Source of the DNA: Eledone cirrhosa | Taxonomy: Eukaryota | Assembly: GCA_964016885.1 (NCBI GenBank) | Contig: OZ024740.1 | Span: 432,078,001 to 432,142,000, forward strand | Length of the DNA: 64,000 bases | Reading direction: 5' to 3' | Shown: positions 41,701-56,800 of the stretch, piece after piece | How positions within the stretch are numbered: position 1 is the stretch's first letter | Layout of the letters: each line of letters begins with the position of its first letter | Program-made: the position numbers and the translations under genes | The notes under the pieces: model-generated | What the model saw: only the letters and a program-made list of their open reading frames with translations | Database searches by the model: none | What the model was told of the DNA's origin: nothing

Positions 41701-43175
41701 AAGACAGACATTATCCGGCTACAGCTGCCATATTATATAGTTTCTACAACAGACCACAACAGTCACCTAGTGGGGAAGACAGACATTATCAGGCTACAGC
41801 TGTCATATTACATAGTTTCTACAACAGACCACAACAGTCACCTAGTGGGGAAGACAGACATTATCAGGCTACAGCTGTCATATTACATAGTTTCTACAAC
41901 AGACCACAACAGTCACATAGTGGGGAAGACAGACATTATCAGGCTACAGCTGTCATATTACATAGTTTCTACAACAGACCACAACAGTCACCAAATGGGC
42001 AAGATAGACATTATCAGACTACAGCTGTCATATTATATAGTTTCTACAACAGACCACAACACTCACCTAGTGGGGAAGACAGACATTATCAGGCTACAGC
42101 TGCCATATTATATAGTTTCTACAACAGACCACAACAGTCACCAAATGTGGAAGACAGACATTATCAGGCTACAGCTGCCATATTACTTAGTTTCTACAAC
42201 AGACCACAACAGTCACCTAGTGGGGAAGACAGACATTATCAGGCTACAGCTGTCATATTATATAGTTTCTACAACAGACCACAACAGTCACCTAGTGGGG
42301 AAGACAGACATTATCAGGCTACAGCTGCATATTATATAGTTTCTACGACAGACCACAACAGTCACCAAATGGGGAAGACAGACATTATCAGGCTACAGCT
42401 GCCATATTATATAGTTTCTACAACAGACCACAACAGTCACCTAGTGGGGAAGACAGACATTATCAGGCTACAGCTGTCATATTACATAGTTTCTACAACA
42501 GACCACAACAGTCACCTAGTGGGGAAGACGGACATTATCAGGCTACAGCTGTCATATTACATAGTTTCTACAACAGACCACAACAGTCACCTAGTGGGGA
42601 AGACAGACATTATCAGGCTACAGCTGTCATATTACATAGTTTCTACAACAGACCACAACAGTCACCTAGTGGGGAAGACAGACATTATCAGGCTACAGCT
42701 GCCATATTATATAGTTTCTACAACAGACCACAACAGTCACCTAGTGGGGAAGACAGACATTATCAGGCTACAGCTGCCATATTATATAGTTTCTACAACA
42801 GACCACAACAGTCACCAAATGGGGAAGACAGACATTATCAGGCTAGAGCTGCCATATTATATAGTTTCTACAACAGACCACAACAGTCACCTAGTGGGGA
42901 AGACAGACATTATCAGGCTACAGCTGCCATATTATATAGTTTCTACAACAGACCACAACAGTCACCTAGTGGGGAAGACAGACATTATCAGGCTACAGCT
43001 GCCATATTATATAGTTTCTACAACAGACCACAACAGTCACCTAGTGGGGAAGACAGACATTATCAGGCTACAGCTGCCATATTATATAGTTTCTACAACA
43101 GACCACAACAGTCACCTAATGGGGAAGACAGACATTATCAGGCTACAGCTGTCATATTACATAGTTTCTACAACA
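30665..43175 (+). repeat. Dispersed block copy, offset 9600 bp (128 monomers): about 30665-33575 matches about 40265-43175
   Basis: ORF pairs 30820/40420, 31495/41095 and 32547/42147. A few private SNPs differ, for example KTD versus KPD and KTH versus KTD in translation. Confidence 0.85.
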
Positions 43176-46100
43176 GAACACAACAGTCACCTAGTGGGGA
43201 AGATAGACATTATCAGGCTACAGCTGTCATATTACATAGTTTCTACAACAGAACACAACAGTCACCTAATGGGGAAGACAGACATTATCAGGCTACAGCT
43301 GCCATATTATATAGTTTCTACAACAGACCACAACAGTCACCTAGTGGGGAAGACAGACATTATCAGGCTACAGCTGTCATATTACATAGTTTCTATAACA
43401 GACCACAACAGTCACCTAGTGGGGAAGACAGACATTATCAGGCTACAGCTGTCATATTACATAGTTTCTATAACAGACCACAACAGTCACCTAGTGGGGA
43501 AGACAGACATTATCAGGCTACAGCTGCCATATTATATAGTTTCTACAACAGACCACAACAGTCACCAAATGGGCAAGATAGACATTATCAGGCTACAGCT
43601 GTCATATTATATAGTTTCTACAACAGACCACAACAGTCACCTAGTGGGGAAGACAGACATTATCTGGCTACAGCTGCCATATTATATAGTTTCTACAACA
43701 GAACACAACAATCACCTAGTGGGGAAGACAGACATTATCAGGCTACAGCTGTCATATTACATAGTTTCTACAACAGAACACAACAGTCACCTAATGGGGA
43801 AGACAGACATTGTCAGGCTACAGCTGCCATGTTATATAGTTTCTACAACAGACCACAACAGTCACCTAGTGGGGAAGACAGACATTATCTGGCTACAGCT
43901 GCAATATTATATAGTTTCTACAACAGACCACAACAGTCACCTAGTGGGGAAGACAGACATTATCAGGCTACAGCTGCCATATTATATAGTTTCTACAACA
44001 GACCACAACAGTCACCTAGTGGGGAAGACAGACATTATCTGGCTACAGCTGCCATATTTTATAGTTTCTACAACAGACCACAAGAGTCACCTAGTGGGGA
44101 AGACAGACATTATCAGGCTACAGCTGCAATATTATATAGTTTCTACAACAGACCACAACAGTCACCTAGTGGGGAAGACAGACATTATCTGGCTACAGCT
44201 ACCATATTATATAGTTTCTACAACAGACCACAACAGTCACCTAGTGGGGAAGACAGACATTATCAGGCTACAGCTGCCATATTATATAGTTTCTACAACA
44301 GAACACAACAGTCACCTAATGGGGAAGACAGACATTATCAGGCTACAGCTGCCATATTATATAGTTTCTACAACAGACCACAACAGTCACCTAGTGGGGA
44401 AGACAGACATTATCAGGCTACAGCTGTCATATTACATAGTTTCTACAACAGACCACAACAGTCACCTAGTGGGGAAGACAGACATTATCAGGCTACAGCT
44501 GGCATATTATATAGTTTCTACAACAGACCACAACAGTCACCAAATGGGCAAGATAGACATTATCAGGCTACAGCTGTCATATTATATAGTTTCTACAACA
44601 GACCACAACAGTCACCTAGTGGGGAAGACAGACATTATCTGGCTACAGCTGCAATATTATATAGTTTCTACAACAGAACACAACAGTCACCTAGTGGGGA
44701 AGACAGACATTATCAGGCTACAGCTGTCATATTACATAGTTTCTAAAACAGAACACAACAGTTACCTAATGGGGAAGACAGACATTGTCAGGCTACAGCT
44801 GCCATGTTATATAGTTTCTACAACAGACCACAACAGTCACCTAGTGGGGAAGACAGACATTATCTGGCTACAGCTGCCATATTATATAGTTTCTACAACA
44901 GACCACAACAGTCACCAAATGGGGAAGACAGACATTATAAGGCTACAGCTGTCATATTATATAGTTTCTACAACAGACCACAACAGTCACCAAATGGGGA
45001 AGACAGACATTATAAGGCTACAGCTGTCATATTATATAGTTTCTACAACAGACCACAACAGTCACCTAGTGGGAGAAGACAGACATTATCAGGCTACAGC
45101 TGCAATATTATATAGTTTCTACAACAGACCACAACAGTCACCTAGTGGGGAAGACAGACATTATCTGGCTACAGCTACCATATTATATAGTTTCTACAAC
45201 AGACCACAACAGTCACCTAGTGGGGAAGACAGACATTATCAGGCTACAGCTGCCATATTATATAGTTTCTACAACAGAACACAACAGTCACCTAATGGGG
45301 AAGACAGACATTATCAGGCTACAGCTGCCATATTATATAGTTTCTACAACAGACCACAACAGTCACTTAGTGGGGAAGACAGACATTATCAGGCTACAGC
45401 TGTCATATTACATAGTTTCTACAACAGACCACAACAGTCACCTAGTGGGGAAGACAGACATTATCAGGCTACAGCTGGCATATTATATAGTTTCTACAAC
45501 AGACCACAACAGTCACCAAATGGGCAAGATAGACATTATCAGGCTACAGCTGTCATATTATATAGTTTCTACAACAGACCACAACAGTCACCTAGTGGGG
45601 AAGACAGACATTATCTGGCTACAGCTGCAATATTATATAGTTTCTACAACAGAACACAACAGTCACCTAGTGGGGAAGACAGACATTATCAGGCTACAGC
45701 TGTCATATTACATAGTTTCTAAAACAGAACACAACAGTTACCTAATGGGGAAGACAGACATTGTCAGGCTACAGCTGCCATGTTATATAGTTTCTACAAC
45801 AGACCACAACAGTCACCTAGTGGGGAAGACAGACATTATCTGGCTACAGCTGCCATATTATATAGTTTCTACAACAGACCACAACAGTCACCAAATGGGG
45901 AAGACAGACATTATAAGGCTACAGCTGTCATATTATATAGTTTCTACAACAGACCACAACAGTCACCAAATGGGGAAGACAGACATTATAAGGCTACAGC
46001 TGTCATATTATATAGTTTCTACAACAGACCACAACAGTCACCTAGTGGGGGAAGACAGACATTATCAGGCTACAGCTGTCATATTACATAGTTTCTACAA

Positions 46101-48886
46101 CAGACCACAACAGTCACCTAGTGGGGAAGACAGACATTATCAGGCTACAGCTGCCATATTATATAGTTTCTACAACAGACCACAACAGTCACCAAATGGG
46201 CAAGATAGTCATTATCAGGCTACAGCTGTCATATTATATAGTTTCTACAACAGACCACAACAGTCACCTAGTGGGGAAGACAGACATTATCTGGCTACAG
46301 CTGCCATATTATATAGTTTCTACAACAGAACACAACAGTCACCTAGTGGGGAAGACAGACATTATCAGGCTACAGCTGTCATATTACATAGTTTCTACAA
46401 CAGAACACAACAGTCACCTAATGGGGAAGACAGACATTATCAGGCTACAGCTGCCATATTATATAGTTTCTACAACAGACCACAATAGTCACCTAGTGGG
46501 GAAGACAGACATTATCCGGCAACAGCTGCCATATTATATAGTTTCTACAACAGACCACAACAGTCACCTAGTGGGGAAGACAGACATTATCTGGCAACAA
46601 CTGCCATATTATATAGTTTCTACAACAGACCACAACAGTCACCTAGTGGGGAAGACAGACATTATCTGGCTACAGCTGCCATATTATATAGTTTCTACAA
46701 CAGAACACAACAGTCACCTAGTGGGGAAGACAGACATTATCAGGCTACAGCTGTCATATTACATAGTTTCTACAACAGAACACAACAGTCACTAAATGGG
46801 GAAGACAGACATTATCAGGCTACAGCTGTCATATTATATAGTTTCTTCAACAGACCACAACAGTCACCTAGTGGGGAAGCCAGACATTATCAGGCTACAG
46901 CTGTCATGTTATATAGTTTCTATAACAGACCACAACAGTCACCTAGTGGGGAAGACAGACATTATCAGGCTACAGCTGCCATATTATATAGTTTCTACAA
47001 CAGACCACAACAGTCACATAGTGGGGAAGACAGACATTATCAGGCTACAGCTGTCATATTACATAGTTTCTACAACAGACCACAACAGTCACCTAGTGGG
47101 GAAGACAGACATTATCAGGCTACAGCTGTCATATTACATAGTTTCTACAACAGACCACAACAGTCACATAGTGGGGAAGACAGACATTATCAGGCTACAG
47201 CTGTCATATTACATAGTTTCTAAAACAGACCACAACAGTCACCTAGTGGGGAAGACAGACATTATCAGGCTACAGTTGCAATATTATATAGTTTCTACAA
47301 CAGACCACAACAGTCACCTAGTGGGGAAGACAGACATTATCTGGCTACAGCTGCCATATTATATAGTTTCTACAACAGACAACAACAGTCACCTAGTGGG
47401 GAAGACAGACATTATCTGGCTACAGCTGCCATATTATATAGTTTCTACAACAGACCACAACAGTCACCTAGTGGGGAAGACAGACATTATCAGGCTACAG
47501 CTGTCATATTACATAGTTTCTACAACAGACCACAACAGTCACCTAGTGGGGAAGACAGACATTATCAGGCTACAGCTGTCATATTACATAGTTTCTACAA
47601 CAGACCACAACAGTCACATAGTGGGGAAGACAGACATTATCAGGCTACAGCTGTCATATTACATAGTTTCTACAACAGACCACAACAGTCACCAAATGGG
47701 CAAGATAGACATTATCAGACTACAGCTGTCATATTATATAGTTTCTACAACAGACCACAACACTCACCTAGTGGGGAAGACAGACATTATCAGGCTACAG
47801 CTGCCATATTATATAGTTTCTACAACAGACCACAACAGTCACCAAATGTGGAAGACAGACATTATCAGGCTACAGCTGCCATATTACTTAGTTTCTACAA
47901 CAGACCACAACAGTCACCTAGTGGGGAAGACAGACATTATCAGGCTACAGCTGTCATATTATATAGTTTCTACAACAGACCACAACAGTCACCTAGTGGG
48001 GAAGACAGACATTATCAGGCTACAGCTGCATATTATATAGTTTCTACGACAGACCACAACAGTCACCAAATGGGGAAGACAGACATTATCAGGCTACAGC
48101 TGCCATATTATATAGTTTCTACAACAGACCACAACAGTCACCTAGTGGGGAAGACAGACATTATCAGGCTACAGCTGTCATATTACATAGTTTCTACAAC
48201 AGACCACAACAGTCACCTAGTGGGGAAGACGGACATTATCAGGCTACAGCTGTCATATTACATAGTTTCTACAACAGACCACAACAGTCACCTAGTGGGG
48301 AAGACAGACATTATCAGGCTACAGCTGTCATATTACATAGTTTCTACAACAGACCACAACAGTCACCTAGTGGGGAAGACAGACATTATCAGGCTACAGC
48401 TGCCATATTATATAGTTTCTACAACAGACCACAACAGTCACCTAGTGGGGAAGACAGACATTATCAGGCTACAGCTGCCATATTATATAGTTTCTACAAC
48501 AGACCACAACAGTCACCAAATGGGGAAGACAGACATTATCAGGCTAGAGCTGCCATATTATATAGTTTCTACAACAGACCACAACAGTCACCTAGTGGGG
48601 AAGACAGACATTATCAGGCTACAGCTGCCATATTATATAGTTTCTACAACAGACCACAACAGTCACCTAGTGGGGAAGACAGACATTATCAGGCTACAGC
48701 TGCCATATTATATAGTTTCTACAACAGACCACAACAGTCACCTAGTGGGGAAGACAGACATTATCAGGCTACAGCTGCCATATTATATAGTTTCTACAAC
48801 AGACCACAACAGTCACCTAATGGGGAAGACAGACATTATCAGGCTACAGCTGTCATATTACATAGTTTCTACAACAGAACACAACA
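37465..48886 (+). repeat. Tandem duplication, offset 5701 bp (76 monomers + 1 bp)
   Basis: ORF pairs 39103/44804, 39444/45145, 40420/46121, 41095/46796 and 42147/47848. The unit holds two +1 indels and one -1 indel, net +1 as observed. Confidence 0.92.
38400..40375 (+). repeat. Tandem duplication, offset 976 bp (13 monomers + 1 bp), copied again at about 44100-46076
   Basis: ORF pairs 39103/40079 and 44804/45780. Markers GCTACCA, CTGGCAT and TCTAAAAC are repeated. Confidence 0.9.
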
Positions 48887-51800
48887 ATCACTAAATGGGG
48901 AAGACAGACATTATCAGGCTACAGCTGTCATATTATATAGTTTCTACAACAGACCACAACAGTCACCTAGTGGGGAAGACAGACATTATCAGGCTACAGC
49001 TGTCATGTTATATAGTTTCTATAACAGACCACAACAGTCACCTAGTGGGGAAGACAGAAATTATCAGGCTACAGCTGTCATATTACATAGTTTCTACAAC
49101 AGACCACAACAGTCACCTAGTGGGGAACACAGACATTATCAGGCTACAGCTGCCATATTATATAGTTTCTACAACAGACCACAACAGTCACATAGTGGGG
49201 AAGACAGACATTATCAGGCTACAGCTGTCATATTACATAGTTTCTACAACAGACCACAACAGTCACCTAGTGGGGAAGACAGACATTATCAGGCTACAGC
49301 TGCCATATTATATAGTTTCTACAACAAACCACAACAGTCACCAAATGGGGAAGACAGACATTATCAGGCTACAGCTGCATTATTATATAGTTTCTACAAC
49401 AGACCACAACAGTCACCTAGTGGGGAAGACAGACATTATCAGGCTACAACTGTCATATTATATAGTTTCTACAACAGACCACAACAGTCACCTAGTGGGG
49501 AAGACAGACATTATCAGGCTACAGCTGCATATTATATAGTTTCTACAACAGACCACAACAGTCACCTAGTGGGGAAGACAGACATTATCAGGCTACAGCT
49601 GCCATATTATATAGTTTCTACAACAGACCACAACAGTCACCTAGTGGGGAAGACAGACATTATCAGGCTACAGCTGTCATATTACATAGTTTCTACAACA
49701 GACCACAACAGTCACCTAGTGGGGAAGACAGACATTATCAGGCTACAGCTGTCATATTACATAGTTTCTACAACAGACCACAACAGTCACCTAGTGGGGA
49801 AGACAGACATTATCAGGCTACAGCTGTCATATTACATAGTTTCTACAACAGACCACAACAGTCACCTAGTGGGGAAGACAGACATAATCAGGCTAGAGCT
49901 GCTATATTATATAGTTTCTACAACAGACCACAACAGTCACCTAATGATGAAGACAGACATTATCTGGCTACAGCTGCCATATTATATAGATTCTACAACA
50001 GACCACAACAGTCACCAAATGGGGACGACAGACATTACCAGGCTACAGCTGTCATATTACATAGTTTCTACAACAGAACACAACAGTCACCTAGTGGGGA
50101 AGACAGACATTATCAGGTTACAGCTGTCATATTATATAGTTTCTACAACAGACCACAACAGTCACCAAATGGGGAAGACAGACATTATCAGGCTACAGCT
50201 GCCATATTATATAGTTTCTACAACAGACCACAACAGTCACCAAATGGGGAAGACAGAGATTATCAGGCTACAGCTGCCATATTATATAGTTTCTACAACA
50301 GACCACAACAGTCACCAAATGGGGAAGACAGACATTATCGGGCTACAGCTGCCATATTATATAGTTTCTACAACAGACCACAACAGTCACCTAGTGGGGA
50401 AGACAGACATTATCAGGCTACAGCTGCCATATTATATAGTTTCTACAATAGACCACAACAGTCACCTAGTGGGGAAGACAGACATTATCAGGCTACAGCT
50501 GTCATATCATATAGTTTCTACAACAGACCACAACAGTCACCTAGTGGGGAAGACAGACATTATCAGGCTACAGCTGCCATATTATATAGTTTCTACAACA
50601 GACCACAACAGTCACCTAGTGGGGAAGACAGACATTATCAGGCTACAGCTGCCATATTATATAGTTTCTACAACAGACCACAACAGTCACCTAGTGGGGA
50701 AGACAGACATTATCAGGCTACAGCTGTCATATTACATAGTTTCTACAACAGACCACAACAGTCACCTAGTGGGGAAGAGAGACATTATCAGGCTACAGCT
50801 GTCGTATTACATAGTTTCTACAACAGACCACAACAGTCACCTAGTGGGGAAGACAGAAATTATCAGGCTACAGCTGTAATATTATATAGTTTCTACAACA
50901 GACCACAACAGTCACCTAGTGGGGAAGACAGACATTATCAGGCTACAGCTGCCATATTATATAGTTTCTACAACAGAACACAACAGTCACCTAGTGGGGA
51001 AGACAGACATTATCTGGCTACAGCTGCCATATTATATAGTTTCTACAACAGAACACAACAGTCACCTAGTGGGGAAGACAGACATTATCAAGCTACAGCT
51101 GTCATATTACATAGTTTCTACAACAGAACACAACAGTCACTAAATGGGGAAGACAGACATTATCAGGCTACAGCTGTCATATTATATAGTTTCTACAACA
51201 GACCACAACAGTCACCTAGTGGGGAAGACAGACATTATCAGGCTACAGCTGTCATGTTATATAGTTTCTATAACAGACCACAACAGTCACCTAGTGGGGA
51301 AGACAGACATTATCAGGCTACAGCTGTCATATTACATAGTTTCTACAACAGACCACAACAGTCACCTAGTGGGGAAGAGAGACATTATCAGGCTACAGCT
51401 GTCATATTACATAGTTTCTACAACAGACCACAACAGTCACCTAGTGGGGAAGACAGAAATTATCAGGCTACAGCTGTAATATTAAATAGTTTCTACAACA
51501 GACCACAACAGTCACCTAGTGGGGAACACAGACATTACCAGGCTACAGCTGTCATATTACATAGTTTCTACAACAGAACACAACAATCACTAAATGGGGA
51601 AGACAGACATTATCAGGCTACAGCTGTCATATTATATAGTTTCTACAACAGACCACAACAGTCACCTAGTGGGGAAGACAGACATTATCAGGCTACAGCT
51701 GTCATGTTATATAGTTTCTATAACAGACCACAACAGTCACCTAGTGGGGAAGACAGAAATTATCAGGCTACAGCTGTCATATTACATAGTTTCTACAACA

Positions 51801-53859
51801 GACCACAACAGTCACCTAGTGGGGAACACAGACATTATCAGGCTACAGCTGCCATATTATATAGTTTCTACAACAGACCACAACAGTCACATAGTGGGGA
51901 AGACAGACATTATCAGGCTACAGCTGTCATATTACATAGTTTCTACAACAGACCACAACAGTCACCTAGTGGGGAAGACAGACATTATCAGGCTACAGCT
52001 GCCATATTATATAGTTTCTACAACAGACCACAACAGTCACCAAATGGGCAAGATAGACATTATCAGGCTACAGCTGTGATATTATATAGTTTCTACAACA
52101 GACCACAACAGTCACCTAGTGGGGAAGACAGACATTATCTGGCTACAGCTGCCATATTATATAGTTTCTACAACAGAACACAACAGTCACCTAGGGGGGA
52201 AGACAGACATTATCAGGCTACAGCTGTCATATTACATAGTTTCTACAACAGAACACAACAGTCACCTAATGGGGAAGACAGACAATGTCAGGCTACAGCT
52301 GCCATGTTATATAGTTTCTACAACAGACCAGAACAGTCACCTAGTGGGGAAGACAGACATTATCTGGTTACAGCTGCCATATTATATAGTTTCTACAACA
52401 GACCACAACACTCACCTAGTGGGGAAGACAGACATTATCAGGCTACAGCTGCCATATTATATAGTTTCTACAACAGACCACAACAGTCACCTAGTGGGGA
52501 AGACAGACATTATCTGGCTACAGCTGCCATATTTTATAGTTTCTACAACAGACCACAACAGTCACCTAGTGGGGAAGACAGACATTATCAGGCTACAGCT
52601 GCAATATTATATAGTTTCTACAACAGACCACAACAGTCACCTAGTGGGGAAGACAGACATTATCTGGCTACAGCTGCCATATTATATAGTTTCTACAACA
52701 GACCACAACAGTCACCTAGTGGGGAAGACAGACATTATCAGGCTACAGCTGCCATATTATATAGTTTCTACAACAGAACACAACAGTCACCTAGTGGGGA
52801 AGATAGACATTATCAGGCTACAGCTGTCATATTACATAGTTTCTATAACAGACCACAACAGTCACCTAGTGGGGAAGACAGACATTATCAGGCTACAGCT
52901 GTCATATTACATAGTTTCTATAACAGACCACAACAGTCACCTAGTGGGGAAGACAGACATTATCAGGCTACAGCTGCCATATTATATAGTTTCTACAACA
53001 GACCACAACAGTCACCAAATGGGCAAGATAGACATTATCAGGCTACAGCTGTCATATTATATAGTTTCTACAACAGACCACAACAGTCACCTAGTGGGGA
53101 AGACAGACATTATCTGGCTACAGCTGCCATATTATATAGTTTCTACAACAGAACACAACAATCACCTAGTGGGGAAGACAGACATTATCAGGCTACAGCT
53201 GTCATATTACATAGTTTCTACAACAGAACACAACAGTCACCTAATGGGGAAGACAGACATTGTCAGGCTACAGCTGCCATGTTATATAGTTTCTACAACA
53301 GACCACAACAGTCACCTAGTGGGGAAGACAGACATTATCTGGCTACAGCTGCAATATTATATAGTTTCTACAACAGACCACAACAGTCACCTAGTGGGGA
53401 AGACAGACATTATCAGGCTACAGCTGCCATATTATATAGTTTCTACAACAGACCACAACAGTCACCTAGTGGGGAAGACAGACATTATCTGGCTACAGCT
53501 GCCATATTTTATAGTTTCTACAACAGACCACAAGAGTCACCTAGTGGGGAAGACAGACATTATCAGGCTACAGCTGCAATATTATATAGTTTCTACAACA
53601 GACCACAACAGTCACCTAGTGGGGAAGACAGACATTATCTGGCTACAGCTACCATATTATATAGTTTCTACAACAGACCACAACAGTCACCTAGTGGGGA
53701 AGACAGACATTATCAGGCTACAGCTGCCATATTATATAGTTTCTACAATAGAACACAACAGTCACCTAATGGGGAAGACAGACATTATCAGGCTACAGCT
53801 GCCATATTATATAGTTTCTACAACAGACCACAACAGTCACCTAGTAGGGAAGACAGACA

Positions 53860-56800
53860 TTATCAGGCTACAGCTGTCATATTACATAGTTTCTACAACA
53901 GACCACAACAGTCACCTAGTGGGGAAGACAGACATTATCAGGCTACAGCTGGCATATTATATAGTTTCTACAACAGACCACAACAGTCACCAAATGGGCA
54001 AGATAGACATTATCAGGCTACAGCTGTCATATTATATAGTTTCTACAACAGACCACAACAGTCACCTAGTGGGGAAGACAGACATTATCTGGCTACAGCT
54101 GCAATATTATATAGTTTCTACAACAGAACACAACAGTCACCTAGTGGGGAAGACAGACATTATCAGGCTACAGCTGTCATATTACATAGTTTCTAAAACA
54201 GAACACGACAGTTACCTAATGGGGAAGACAGACATTATCAGGCTACAGCTGTCATATTATATAGTTTCTTCAACAGACCACAACAGTCACCTAGTGGGGA
54301 AGCCAGACATTATCAGGCTACAGCTGTCATGTTATATAGTTTCTATAACAGACCACAACAGTCACCTAGTGGGGAAGACAGACATTATCAGGCTACAGCT
54401 GCCATATTATATAGTTTCTACAACAGACCACAACAGTCACATAGTGGGGAAGACAGACATTATCAGGCTACAGCTGTCATATTACATAGTTTCTACAACA
54501 GACCACAACAGTCACCTAGTGGGGAAGACAGACATTATCAGGCTACAGCTGTCATATTACATAGTTTCTACAACAGACCACAACAGTCACATAGTGGGGA
54601 AGACAGACATTATCAGGCTACAGCTGTCATATTACATAGTTTCTAAAACAGACCACAACAGTCACCTAGTGGGGAAGACAGACATTATCAGGCTACAGTT
54701 GCAATATTATATAGTTTCTACAACAGACCACAACAGTCACCTAGTGGGGAAGACAGACATTATCTGGCTACAGCTGCCATATTATATAGTTTCTACAACA
54801 GACAACAACAGTCACCTAGTGGGGAAGACAGACATTATCTGGCTACAGCTGCCATATTATATAGTTTCTACAACAGACCACAACAGTCACCTAGTGGGGA
54901 AGACAGACATTATCAGGCTACAGCTGTCATATTACATAGTTTCTACAACAGACCACAACAGTCACCTAGTGGGGAAGACAGACATTATCAGGCTACAGCT
55001 GTCATATTACATAGTTTCTACAACAGACCACAACAGTCACATAGTGGGGAAGACAGACATTATCAGGCTACAGCTGTCATATTACATAGTTTCTACAACA
55101 GACCACAACAGTCACCAAATGGGCAAGATAGACATTATCAGACTACAGCTGTCATATTATATAGTTTCTACAACAGACCACAACACTCACCTAGTGGGGA
55201 AGACAGACATTATCAGGCTACAGCTGCCATATTATATAGTTTCTACAACAGACCACAACAGTCACCAAATGTGGAAGACAGACATTATCAGGCTACAGCT
55301 GCCATATTACTTAGTTTCTACAACAGACCACAACAGTCACCTAGTGGGGAAGACAGACATTATCAGGCTACAGCTGTCATATTATATAGTTTCTACAACA
55401 GACCACAACAGTCACCTAGTGGGGAAGACAGACATTATCAGGCTACAGCTGCATATTATATAGTTTCTACGACAGACCACAACAGTCACCAAATGGGGAA
55501 GACAGACATTATCAGGCTACAGCTGCCATATTATATAGTTTCTACAACAGACCACAACAGTCACCTAGTGGGGAAGACAGACATTATCAGGCTACAGCTG
55601 TCATATTACATAGTTTCTACAACAGACCACAACAGTCACCTAGTGGGGAAGACGGACATTATCAGGCTACAGCTGTCATATTACATAGTTTCTACAACAG
55701 ACCACAACAGTCACCTAGTGGGGAAGACAGACATTATCAGGCTACAGCTGTCATATTACATAGTTTCTACAACAGACCACAACAGTCACCTAGTGGGGAA
55801 GACAGACATTATCAGGCTACAGCTGCCATATTATATAGTTTCTACAACAGACCACAACAGTCACCTAGTGGGGAAGACAGACATTATCAGGCTACAGCTG
55901 CCATATTATATAGTTTCTACAACAGACCACAACAGTCACCAAATGGGGAAGACAGACATTATCAGGCTAGAGCTGCCATATTATATAGTTTCTACAACAG
56001 ACCACAACAGTCACCTAGTGGGGAAGACAGACATTATCAGGCTACAGCTGCCATATTATATAGTTTCTACAACAGACCACAACAGTCACCTAGTGGGGAA
56101 GACAGACATTATCAGGCTACAGCTGCCATATTATATAGTTTCTACAACAGACCACAACAGTTACCTAGTGGGGAAGACAGACATTATCAGGCTACAGCTG
56201 CCATATTATATTGTTTCTACAACAGACCACAACAGTCACCTAATGGGGAAGACAGACATTATCAGGCTACAGCTGTCATATTACATAGTTTCTACAACAG
56301 ACCACAACAGTCACCTAGTGGGGAAGACAGACATTATCAGGCTACAGCTGCCATATTATATAGTTTCTACAACAGACCACAACAGTCACCTAGTGGGGAA
56401 GACAGACATTATCAGGCTACAGCTGTCATATTACATAGTTTCTACAACAGACCAAAACAGTCACCTAGTGGGGAAGACAGACATTATCAGGCTACAGCTG
56501 CCATATTATATAGTTTCTACAACAGACCACAACAGTCACCTAGTGGGGAAGACAGACATTATCAGGCTACAGCTGTCATATTACATAGTTTCTACAACAG
56601 ACCACAACAGCCACCTAGTGGGGAAGACAGACATTATCAGGGTACAGCTGCAATATTATATAGTTTCTACAACAGACAACCACAGTCACCTAGTGGGGAA
56701 GACAGACATTATCAGGCTACAGCTGCCATATTATATAGTTTCTACAACAAACCACAACAGTCACCAAATGGGGAAGACAGACATTATCAGGCTACAGCTG

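Larger units (their letters stand above)
34015..52840 (+). repeat. Dispersed block copy, offset 15301 bp (204 monomers + 1 bp): about 34015-37540 matches about 49316-52840
   Basis: ORF pairs 35618/50919, 35843/51144, 35953/51254, 36293/51594 and 36818/52119. Confidence 0.88.
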
